Shown piece by piece: positions 8,474-17,043 of a stretch of 45,329 nucleotides of DNA. Under the pieces are notes generated by a model that saw nothing but the letters and a program-made list of their open reading frames with translations, ran no database searches and was not told the DNA's origin. Each line of letters begins with the position of its first letter. Positions within the stretch are counted from its first letter, which is position 1. This DNA comes from a bacterium (GTDB lineage Bacteria > Patescibacteriota > JACMRA01), in contig JAYWFX010000101.1 of assembly GCA_043778575.1 (NCBI GenBank), forward strand, positions 1 to 45,329, read 5' to 3'. The position numbers and the translations under genes were made by a program.

Positions 8474-9592
8474 CTAGTTTATTTTGTTGATCAGCACTAG
8501 GCTGTCGGTTGGTAAATATATGTTGTCAGCTAGGCCGTTGATTCTTACTAGTGCAAATTCAAGAACAACTCCAGACACATCGCATTGAATCTTTTGTGAG
8601 GTGAGGCTGTGAATGTAAACGAGCTTATTAGCATTGGTAGTTCCAGCCTCTAAACATTTGGCATTTCTATATGACTCACGGGCTGTGTTAATTTTTGCAT
8701 ATGATTTTTCTTTGAGATTGCGAGTGAATTTTGTTGATATTAGTGATAACTCATTTGTTTTAGTGATGGTGTTTTGTGTGCCAGACTTCTGTACATAATC
8801 AGCACTTATGGTAAAAAGATCAAATTGTTTGAAAGCAAAGGGTAGGGGTTTGGTACTATATTTTAGGGTAAAACTACTCGAACAGTTGGTCAGTGTTTCT
8901 TTTGTTACACAATCTCCCTCACCAAAAGTGATATTAGAATCAGTACGATCAGTAACTATGAGTGCTTTTTTACTAAACGATAACACTTTTGGGGTTGGTT
9001 GGTTTGATATTTCTGACACCAAAGATGCTTCGATATAGCCCATGTCTTCGTTGGTTTTGGTGCTAATAATCTTTATCATCTGGTAATTAAATCCGTTTAG
9101 TGAGCAAAAGACTCGATCATAACTGGTTGTTTTGGCTACTTCAAATATCGTGTTGGGGTAAATGGTTTGTAGTACTGTGCAATTTTTATCTCGTAGCTTT
9201 TGGTGTTTTAATCCTGTTGTTATGGTGTCTAAAGAGAAAACACTTTCATTTGTCACAATTTCTAATTCGGGCTGGTTAGAATCCGTTTTTTTACTCTGTA
9301 TTTCATTCGTTTGCTTTGATTCTTCTGGTGTTTGATCTGTTTTTTGAGGAGCTTTTGCAAGCTCAGGAGGTTGTATGTTTGTAATCAGTGCAGGTGTTTT
9401 GTTTACAATGTCGCCAGATTGTTTCATAGTGTTATTCTGAAATATATCTTCGATTATGGTCACCTTTTGTTGGTTATCAGCTTTAGCTTGGTCAGTGTTT
9501 TGATTTGTAATAACTGACCCTACACCAATCATAGCCGCTAAGACAAAGATAGAAACAGTACTAACTATGATATTTTTTGTTTTTGAGAGCAT
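8474..9592 (-). CDS. secreted or membrane-anchored hypothetical protein (beta-rich, Cys-containing)
   Basis: 372-aa ORF with an N-terminal signal anchor IIVSTVSIFVLAAMIGVGSV, followed by a T/Q/P/E-rich linker. No confident domain call. Confidence 0.5.
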   Translation of the reverse strand: MLSKTKNIIVSTVSIFVLAAMIGVGSVITNQNTDQAKADNQQKVTIIEDIFQNNTMKQSGDIVNKTPALITNIQPPELAKAPQKTDQTPEESKQTNEIQSKKTDSNQPELEIVTNESVFSLDTITTGLKHQKLRDKNCTVLQTIYPNTIFEVAKTTSYDRVFCSLNGFNYQMIKIISTKTNEDMGYIEASLVSEISNQPTPKVLSFSKKALIVTDRTDSNITFGEGDCVTKETLTNCSSSFTLKYSTKPLPFAFKQFDLFTISADYVQKSGTQNTITKTNELSLISTKFTRNLKEKSYAKINTARESYRNAKCLEAGTTNANKLVYIHSLTSQKIQCDVSGVVLEFALVRINGLADNIYLPTDSLVLINKIN

Positions 9593-9666
9593 TTAAGCTC
9601 AGTATGGCATACTACCCAATGTTTTGCAATTGACTGTTCTGCTGTGTTATGTGTGACTAGATCTAT

Positions 9667-11076
9667 ATGTCAAACAGATCGTTGTTTGTGGTTGGCGACG
9701 ACGCCCAAAGTATTTACGCTTTTCGTGGTTCAAAGATTGAAATTATCTTGCATTTTGAAGACGAATACCCTGGGAGCAAAGAAATTGTATTGAATCAAAA
9801 CTATCGAAGCACTCAGCCTATTTTAGATTTGGCTGAAAAAGTCTTGTCTCATAATCCTGATCAAAAGAAGAAAGCATTGTTTACACAAAATGACGACACG
9901 CTGATGGTAAAATATCACTTGGCTCGAAATGAGCGTGATGAAGCTGAGTATATTATCAAGCAAATACATCAACAATATGTCACTCAAGACGATAAACCAA
10001 TGAAATCTAGCAATGTAGAGTTTGTGCCTGATGAAAACATGTTTGCCAATGTTACTTTGGATGATGATAGCTCTCCAATCGATACAGCTGTCGGAAATAT
10101 GTTTGATTTCTATATGAAAGATTTTTCGCTTTCGAGCCTGAGCCCATCTTTGAGTAGTTACAAATCAAACTCATGGCAAGTCCCAGAATACAACTGGAAA
10201 ACTATCACAGAGCTCAATAATTGTGCAGTTTTGTATCGCACTCACTCTCAAAGTAGAAGTATCGAGGAAACTTTTTTAAAACACGGTATACCATATCGAC
10301 TAGTGTCAGGTACTCGGTTCTTGGATAGAAAAGAAGTCAAAGATGCTGTTTCAATTCTAAAATATCTGGTCAATAGCGAAGATAATTTGAGCCTAAACAG
10401 ATTTTTACCATTGGTTATGGATGGTGTTGGTCCTAAAACCATGGAAAAGATCATAGCCTATTTACAAGATTTTGATTATCCTTTACCTCCAAAGCACCAA
10501 GAGCAAGTTGTCGAGCTACTCACTAAACTGCACTCAGTCTGGGAAAACAACACCACGCTCATTGATATGACTAAAGATGTGCTGGTGTCATCTGGCTACA
10601 TGAGATATCTACACGATGAGTATCCTGAAAAAAATGAACGCGAAGCCAGATTAGAAAACATAGGTGAGTTATACTCTTTGATGCTTCCTTTTGATGAAGA
10701 CCAAAGCATATCACTTCAGGATCGACTCAGGGATTTTTTAGCACAAATTTTGTTGATGTCAGGATTGGATAAAGATGATGCCGATGAGACACCGAAAATC
10801 AGTCTGATGAGTTTACACCAAAGCAAGGGATTGGAGTTTGAGACTGTGTTTTTGATTGGGGTAGAGGATGGATTATTGCCACATGGAAATAGTTTGATGG
10901 AGCCAGATGGGTTTGCTGAGGAGGTTCGATTGGCATATGTCGGTGTCACTAGAGCTAAAAAGTATTTACATCTTATTTCGGCTGATAGTAGGGTTCAGTT
11001 TGGACAAATAAAAGCAAATCCACCATCGAGAATTTTTAGACCATTTTTGGAGAGTAGCTGTTTGCGGGTTAGGTAA
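9667..11076 (+). CDS. UvrD/PcrA-family helicase fragment beginning at motif III (no Walker A/B N-terminal region)
   Basis: It starts MSNRSLFVVGDDAQSIYAFRGS (motif III) and continues with LNQNYRSTQPIL (motif IV), AVLYRTHSQSR and SLHQSKGLEFETVFLIG (motif V). It ends with a normal C-terminus, EEVRLAYVGVTRAKKYL (motif VI). In-frame TAG at 9658-9660. Confidence 0.8.
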   Translation: MSNRSLFVVGDDAQSIYAFRGSKIEIILHFEDEYPGSKEIVLNQNYRSTQPILDLAEKVLSHNPDQKKKALFTQNDDTLMVKYHLARNERDEAEYIIKQIHQQYVTQDDKPMKSSNVEFVPDENMFANVTLDDDSSPIDTAVGNMFDFYMKDFSLSSLSPSLSSYKSNSWQVPEYNWKTITELNNCAVLYRTHSQSRSIEETFLKHGIPYRLVSGTRFLDRKEVKDAVSILKYLVNSEDNLSLNRFLPLVMDGVGPKTMEKIIAYLQDFDYPLPPKHQEQVVELLTKLHSVWENNTTLIDMTKDVLVSSGYMRYLHDEYPEKNEREARLENIGELYSLMLPFDEDQSISLQDRLRDFLAQILLMSGLDKDDADETPKISLMSLHQSKGLEFETVFLIGVEDGLLPHGNSLMEPDGFAEEVRLAYVGVTRAKKYLHLISADSRVQFGQIKANPPSRIFRPFLESSCLRVR

Positions 11077-11114
11077 CTGTTCTCACACTTATTTTGACAC
11101 AGTGCTAAACCTCT

Positions 11115-12149
11115 GTGAGGGTAGGGGTGATGTCCGACTTCCGAGATACTATCAAAGACCTAGTCAAAAATCTGCCAGAAAAGCCGGGGGTGTACCGTTA
11201 TTATGCTGAAGATGGTTTACTACTCTACATCGGTAAGGCTAAAAACTTAAAAAAACGAGTTAGTTCATATTTTCAGGAGGGTCGACCAAAAAACCAACGA
11301 CTTACCCTGATGATAAGTCAAATTCAAAGAGTGGAATATACTGTGGTATCAACTGAATCAGAGAGTTTAATTCTAGAAGCAAATTTGATTCATAATCTCC
11401 AACCCAAGTACAATATCTTGCTCAAAGACGATAAAAACTATGTGTATGTGCGTGTCACTAATGACGAAATACCGAGCATTTTTTTGATTCGAAAGAAGTA
11501 TGACAAGAACAGTCACTATTTTGGGCCCTACACCAAGCGATTTGGGATAAATGAGACACTACGTACACTGAGACAAATCTTTCCCTACTGTCAGGAACGA
11601 ACACTTAAAAATAGACCGTGTGGGTATGTGAGCATTCACCAGTGCGATGGAATCTGTGCTGGGCTAGAAAGTAAAACTGATTATCTAGAAAAAATTCATC
11701 AAATTGAGCAGGTATTAAATGGTGATATGGCTGCCGCTGAAGGTTTTATATCTACAAAAATGAAACAGGCTATTGTGATCGGAAATTTTGAGTTGGCAGG
11801 GTTGTGGAGAGATAGACTAAATCTCCTAAAAGATACTATCGTAGATCAAAAAATCATTTTACCTAACCCTCAAAACCTAGATATAGTTACTTTGGTTGTG
11901 GATCAGGATGAGCGAGGACTACAAATCGGTAGTGTATGTATTCAGTCAATTCGTGATGGAAAAATGATCAATGTAAATAACTTTTTGCTTTCGGGTACAG
12001 AGGAGTCAGAGGAGTATGAAGATCAGGATACAAATCTGCAGTTGGTGTGCAAATCATTTCTACAACGATTCATGAGCAGTTACTATAGCTCACGCACAGA
12101 GGTAGTGGATGTGATAGTGCAAAGCTGGGGTTTTGAGGGTGAGTTGTAG
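11115..12149 (+). CDS. uvrC: UvrC N-terminal half / Cho-like GIY-YIG excinuclease (no C-terminal RNase H-like endonuclease or HhH2). ATG at 11130 is the likelier start.
   Basis: KPGVYRYY..LLYIGKAKNLKKRVSSYF and ESLILEANLIHNLQPKYNILLKDDKNY (GIY-YIG). Cys cluster PCGYVSIHQCDGICAG. UVR-type helical hairpin MKQAIVIGNFELAGLWRDRLNLL. It stops at 344 aa; bacterial UvrC is roughly 600 aa. Confidence 0.75.
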   Translation: MRVGVMSDFRDTIKDLVKNLPEKPGVYRYYAEDGLLLYIGKAKNLKKRVSSYFQEGRPKNQRLTLMISQIQRVEYTVVSTESESLILEANLIHNLQPKYNILLKDDKNYVYVRVTNDEIPSIFLIRKKYDKNSHYFGPYTKRFGINETLRTLRQIFPYCQERTLKNRPCGYVSIHQCDGICAGLESKTDYLEKIHQIEQVLNGDMAAAEGFISTKMKQAIVIGNFELAGLWRDRLNLLKDTIVDQKIILPNPQNLDIVTLVVDQDERGLQIGSVCIQSIRDGKMINVNNFLLSGTEESEEYEDQDTNLQLVCKSFLQRFMSSYYSSRTEVVDVIVQSWGFEGEL

Positions 12150-12191
12150 TTGATTGACTATGACATAAAAAACAAGTACCGTTAGGTCTAA

Positions 12192-14225
12192 ATGACTTCT
12201 CTCAACAACCTCTTTTATCCTAAATCTTTAGCAGTTATAGGTGCTTCGACGGACTCATCTAAAATTGGCAACATAATTACTAAAAATATTATTGAGAGTA
12301 GGTATTCGGGTGGGCTGTATTTGGTTAATCCAAAAGGGGGTGTGATTTTGAATCAACAGGCTGTTTCGAGTGTTTCTGATATAAATGTAGATTTAGACTT
12401 AGCAATTGTATGCATTCCCGCAAAACTTGTTGTTCAGTCTCTGGAGGAATTAGGTCAAAAAAAGTGCAGGTTTGCTATTGTTGTTGCTGCAGGATTCAAG
12501 GAAGTTGGGGAAGATGGTTTACACCTAGAGAATAAGATCTTGGAGATTGCTAAAAAATACAATATTCGAATTGTGGGTCCTAACTGTCTTGGAATTATCA
12601 ACATGGACTCCAGTTTTTGTTTAAACGGATCTTTTGACTTTTTTCCTAAAACATTTGGAAACGTATCAATAATTTCTCAATCTGGTGCTCTTATTTCTAT
12701 TTTGATAGATGAAGTTTGCAAGTCTGGGGCTGGGTTACAAAAAGTAATTTCGATGGGAAATAAGTCTGATTTGAATGAAAATGATTTTATAGAATTTCTT
12801 GCTGAGGATAAAAAAACTGACGTTATCGGGGTATATCTTGAGTCATTTTGTGACGGCAAAAGATTGTGTGAAATTATCAAAAAAAGTCCAAAACCAGTTG
12901 TTGTTTTCAAAGTGGGAAGTAGTAAGAGGGCTCAACAAGCCGCAATGTCTCACACTGGATCGCTAGCTGGGGACGACATGGTGGCCCGCAGTCATCTATT
13001 AGCATCGGGTGCTTATTTGGTGGACTCTGTCGAAGATTTTTCTTTGCTGCTTTCTTTTATTTCATTTTATCATGATAGATTGGGGGTTCAAGATGCTGAC
13101 GAATTCTCACAACCGATTGTCATAACTAATGCTGGTGGGGTGGGTGTTGCCACTCTTGATGCTATGTCTAGATTGGGTTTAGAGCCAAAAACTATTGATA
13201 CTCAGATGGAGAGTGAAATTAAGATGTTGATTCCTCAGAGTGGATCTGCCCATAACCCTATCGATATCCTCGGTGACGCCCCAGCCAAAAGATACTGCGA
13301 CACACTCAAACATATATCTTTGTTGACCACTAACCCCATTTTACTCATAGCCACACCCCAGATAAACACAGAGGTTGAAAAAACTGCCAAACAGACCATA
13401 TCTATCATCCAAGACAGTGATTCAATAGTACTTCCCATTTTTATGGGTGATGATCATGTGGTTGCTGGAAGAAAACTATTCTACAGTAATAATATTGTGT
13501 GTTTCTCGTATCCAGATGACGCACTAGCAGTTATTAAAAATATTTCAAACACACTTTCGGCTGTTAAGGAGCTAAAAAACAATCGGCAAGAATATACCAC
13601 CACGAAAACAGTTCAAGCCACTACGGATTTTGTAAAACTACAGCAGATGGCTAAAGATTTTGATTTGCCAGTACCAGATTTTGAGATTGTTGGTGAATAC
13701 GCAGACTTAGAGAGGGCTATAGAGCGAATCAGTCTTCCGTGTATGATAAAGGTGGTCAGTGGTGATGTCATGCACCGCAGCGATCAACAAATGGTACAAA
13801 AGGTTGATTCTATACAAGAAATTGCTGCTTTTATTGAAACGTTTTCACAATCCCAGATTGCTGTATGTAAACTTGCTGAATCGGGTATAGAGGTGTTTAT
13901 AGGTATAAAAAACGACTCTCAATTTGGACTGACTATGCTTGTCGGGTCTGGTGGTGTTTACTCTGAAGTCTGGAAAGATATAGTTAGTATACCGCTTCCA
14001 GCCAGTGCTGAACAAATTCTTAACGGTTTTAAACGAACGAAAATATATACCATAATCAACGGATTTAGAAACAAGGTGTGGGATACTCGGTCAGTTATCG
14101 ATACGTCACTCTCTTTGCAGCGATTAGCATTGTCTCTAGATTCGTTTGAAAGTATAGAGATCAACCCTCTGATCGTAAATCACATTGGTGCAAGTGTGGT
14201 TGATATTAAAATTAGTTTAAGTTGA
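12192..14225 (+). CDS. ADP-forming acetyl-CoA synthetase / acetate-CoA ligase family protein (fused alpha and beta domains)
   Basis: 677 aa. CoA-binding N-terminus LFYPKSLAVIGASTDSSKIGN. Catalytic-His loop AAMSHTGSLAG. C-terminal ATP-grasp-like region. Confidence 0.8.
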   Translation: MTSLNNLFYPKSLAVIGASTDSSKIGNIITKNIIESRYSGGLYLVNPKGGVILNQQAVSSVSDINVDLDLAIVCIPAKLVVQSLEELGQKKCRFAIVVAAGFKEVGEDGLHLENKILEIAKKYNIRIVGPNCLGIINMDSSFCLNGSFDFFPKTFGNVSIISQSGALISILIDEVCKSGAGLQKVISMGNKSDLNENDFIEFLAEDKKTDVIGVYLESFCDGKRLCEIIKKSPKPVVVFKVGSSKRAQQAAMSHTGSLAGDDMVARSHLLASGAYLVDSVEDFSLLLSFISFYHDRLGVQDADEFSQPIVITNAGGVGVATLDAMSRLGLEPKTIDTQMESEIKMLIPQSGSAHNPIDILGDAPAKRYCDTLKHISLLTTNPILLIATPQINTEVEKTAKQTISIIQDSDSIVLPIFMGDDHVVAGRKLFYSNNIVCFSYPDDALAVIKNISNTLSAVKELKNNRQEYTTTKTVQATTDFVKLQQMAKDFDLPVPDFEIVGEYADLERAIERISLPCMIKVVSGDVMHRSDQQMVQKVDSIQEIAAFIETFSQSQIAVCKLAESGIEVFIGIKNDSQFGLTMLVGSGGVYSEVWKDIVSIPLPASAEQILNGFKRTKIYTIINGFRNKVWDTRSVIDTSLSLQRLALSLDSFESIEINPLIVNHIGASVVDIKISLS

Positions 14226-14991
14226 TAGAAGCTAGTAGCTCATCGATAAATTTATTTGTTGTACTGCTATTTGGTGATGATTCAGGTGCCCTAGATATTT
14301 TTACTAGATAGTAGTTATTTACTGTCACTATAGTGTAGTATGTTATATTGGGTGCGTTTTCAGTAACTATTTTACTAGCCGTTATATTTTTTCGCAGAGT
14401 TATATTTTTATCTTTTAGCTGAGATCCTGTGCCAAGATATTTTAGAACCTGTAGGTCATATCCATCTCTATCAAACTTGTTGTCGTATCCAGATGTAGTT
14501 ACTTCTAAACCATATTTTTGGTCGCCAATAGTTTTGTTAAAACTAGAATTTGTAGCTATTTTACCAGTAATTGCAGATGCCTCTACAGTCTTTTTCTCTG
14601 ACACAAAACCCTCTGGTGTGGGTGTGTTTAGCAACAAACTAAAACCATCACCAGACACAATATTACTAGGAATACTCTCAGAATCAGTTTTTTTAGCCAC
14701 CTGAGTAGTTTTTGTTTTGCTTGATGTTTGAGTGCTGATATACTTGTAGCCTAAATAAACTCCACCACACAACAGTGCTATCAATAGTAAAACAAGGACA
14801 AACCACCAGAGTGATAAAGTATTTGATCTGGTAGATTTTGTGTTAATTCTATCACGAATTTCTTTTTCCTTGGTAACTACAAAGTCTTCAAATACTGATT
14901 TTGGCTCTAATGCTTTTTGAAAATCAAAATGCTGTGACACACTCTTAATCAAATTGAGGTGGCACAGTTTGTCAATTATCAATTCTGGCAA
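14212..14991 (-). CDS. membrane-anchored hypothetical protein
   Basis: 259-aa ORF with one TM (LWWFVLVLLLIALLCGGVYLGY) about 55 aa in. Its 3' end overlaps the convergent acd gene by 14 nt. Its 5' end overlaps the recJ-fragment stop by 20 nt. Confidence 0.5.
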   Translation of the reverse strand: MPELIIDKLCHLNLIKSVSQHFDFQKALEPKSVFEDFVVTKEKEIRDRINTKSTRSNTLSLWWFVLVLLLIALLCGGVYLGYKYISTQTSSKTKTTQVAKKTDSESIPSNIVSGDGFSLLLNTPTPEGFVSEKKTVEASAITGKIATNSSFNKTIGDQKYGLEVTTSGYDNKFDRDGYDLQVLKYLGTGSQLKDKNITLRKNITASKIVTENAPNITYYTIVTVNNYYLVKISRAPESSPNSSTTNKFIDELLASINLN

Positions 14992-15643
14992 TTGCGTCTA
15001 AATAATACCCTAGCCACACCACGCAAAACCAAGCCACACCTACACCAGTGACACTTTGAGGTAGAAAATTTGTAGTTATTATAGTTTTGTTGCCCAAAAT
15101 AAATGTGTGCTCAGTCCAATCAAAAGATAATCTTGGATTGCACACAGCCTCGCAGTTTGGAATTTCTCCAGAAAGATGGTGGTGATCAGTTATTATCAAA
15201 TCGCATTGAGATGAGTTATTTTGTTTCATCTCAGAAATCTTCATCGCCTCCAAAACGCTATTTATTCCACAATCCACACTAATAATTAAATCGTTATTAT
15301 ATGCGAGCTCTTCAACAGCTAGTACATTCATGCCGTAACCTTCAGTAAATCTATCTGGTGCGTAAAAACTCAACTTTTCTCTCTTGAATCCAAGCTCTAT
15401 TAGTCCCCAATACATTGTAGCAGTCGCAGTAACGGCATCAGTGTCGTAATCTGAATAAATACAAATCCTCTGATTTTTTATTAGTGCAGTTTGTAGCCTA
15501 TTACAGAATTTTTCAACTGTATAAATATACGGTAATTCTGAAGCAAAATGCTCTGAGCTAAACTGAGTAAAAAATGTCTCTATACGGCGGTGATTTACGC
15601 CTGATACGAATCTTTGTGTATAATCATATACTTTTTTATTCAT
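14972..15643 (-). CDS. recJ: RecJ-like DHH domain protein, N-terminal domain only (no DHHA1)
   Basis: 223 aa. ICIYSDYDTDAVTATA (DxD motif), PDRFTEGYGMN, LIISVDCGINS, LIITDHHH and CNPR...VTGVGVAWF. It stops shortly after the point where RecJ continues to its linker and DHHA1 domain. Confidence 0.7.
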   Translation of the reverse strand: MNKKVYDYTQRFVSGVNHRRIETFFTQFSSEHFASELPYIYTVEKFCNRLQTALIKNQRICIYSDYDTDAVTATATMYWGLIELGFKREKLSFYAPDRFTEGYGMNVLAVEELAYNNDLIISVDCGINSVLEAMKISEMKQNNSSQCDLIITDHHHLSGEIPNCEAVCNPRLSFDWTEHTFILGNKTIITTNFLPQSVTGVGVAWFCVVWLGYYLDAIARIDN

Positions 15644-17042
15644 ATTGAGTTTTTTCTTTAATTATATTTGTTTCTAAACCAGATAGTAGTCCAATAAGTA
15701 TAAAAATAGGCATGATAAAAATAGGAGAAAATGTGTTCCATTGTACATAATATGCAATCAACGAGCCGATTAGGGTTATTCGAGAAATATTTTCTTGGGT
15801 TTTCCAGTTTGTTTCCTCAGCTAGTTTTATTGAACTAACACACACAGGAATGATTAAAAAACTAACAAACATAATCAGTGACAGGATACCCATCTCTAGC
15901 CACACCTCAAGATACACATTGTTAACAATAATGAAACTACTATCTGCTTTAAAAGCATTTTTAGCTAATACACCAAACTGCCCACTTCCAATTCCTGTTA
16001 TGATATTGTTTGGTAACAGATCAAGTGCTCGTTGAACAAAGTCTAATCGTTCAGCTGAGGATCCACTTTCCAAACCAAGCGTACTCAGAGCGTTGCCTGT
16101 TATATCCAAAATGGTAGGTCTCGAAGGTTCGTAAAACTGAAACAGTCCTATGATGGAGGTAATTACAGTAGCAAAAAACCCTAACATCTTCATTACTAAC
16201 TCACGAATGTTGAATTGATTACGACCAATAATTATTATTCCTATTGTTACAATGAGCAAAATTGCACTCGCACCTTTTGATATAGTTAATAAAAAGATTA
16301 TAGTAAAAAATGTTAATTTACTCAATGCTGTATATCTAGTAGTCTGATTTTTTGGTGATCCAAGTAGAGTGATAACTAAAAACAGTATCGGTATATAGAG
16401 CATACCAGCGTAATAGAGAGGTTCAATGGCTGTAGATTGAATTCTTGGTATACCAAACACTGCTTTTGTGTACTGCTCTCTCAAGCCTGTAAACTGAGGA
16501 GAAACACCTACTAGATCACCAAAAAATTGATAGACACCAAAAACACTGGTAAAAAAAAGTACAGTTACTGATACTTGTATTCTGCTAAATATATTTTTGG
16601 AGGTGGTGGTTAATGATACAAAAAAAGTTGCACCAAAGCATAAAACTGTGGCAATCATGGTTACTAAAAATCGCTTTACATCTGTAATCATAAACCAAGA
16701 CGGGATCGAGAATACAAAAAACCCTATCCCAACCCACCATTCGATCTGATGGTTTTTACTCATTAATACCTTATCTTTTTTGAATATTAGAGCACAGAAG
16801 GTGATTGTGGAGATTATTACCAGTACCTGACTAATACGTAGATTAGCTCCGCCTATTTCTATGCTAGGGATTCTTTCAAAGGGTAGGGAAATAACTATGC
16901 TTAATCCTAACTTCTCCAACCAATTATACGATCCGTAGGTGTATACCAAGATAAATATTATACTGATTATCGATGCTCCAAGTATTCCGAACAATACCAA
17001 TTCCATACATCTATGCTTATTTTGACAACCTTGTTTGGTCAA
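15636..17042 (-). CDS. polytopic membrane protein, O-antigen ligase/polymerase (Wzy_C)-like
   Basis: 468 aa with about 10-12 hydrophobic segments. It sits directly after a DUF4012 gene. The call rests on topology and context only. Confidence 0.45.
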   Translation of the reverse strand: MTKQGCQNKHRCMELVLFGILGASIISIIFILVYTYGSYNWLEKLGLSIVISLPFERIPSIEIGGANLRISQVLVIISTITFCALIFKKDKVLMSKNHQIEWWVGIGFFVFSIPSWFMITDVKRFLVTMIATVLCFGATFFVSLTTTSKNIFSRIQVSVTVLFFTSVFGVYQFFGDLVGVSPQFTGLREQYTKAVFGIPRIQSTAIEPLYYAGMLYIPILFLVITLLGSPKNQTTRYTALSKLTFFTIIFLLTISKGASAILLIVTIGIIIIGRNQFNIRELVMKMLGFFATVITSIIGLFQFYEPSRPTILDITGNALSTLGLESGSSAERLDFVQRALDLLPNNIITGIGSGQFGVLAKNAFKADSSFIIVNNVYLEVWLEMGILSLIMFVSFLIIPVCVSSIKLAEETNWKTQENISRITLIGSLIAYYVQWNTFSPIFIMPIFILIGLLSGLETNIIKEKTQYE

Positions 17043-17043
17043 A

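Noticed and set aside
5877-9666. Genomic island integrated at tRNA-Ser
   Set aside because: There is no integrase, no recombinase, and no direct repeat of the tRNA 3' end that I could spot downstream. The content is ordinary chromosomal-type genes.
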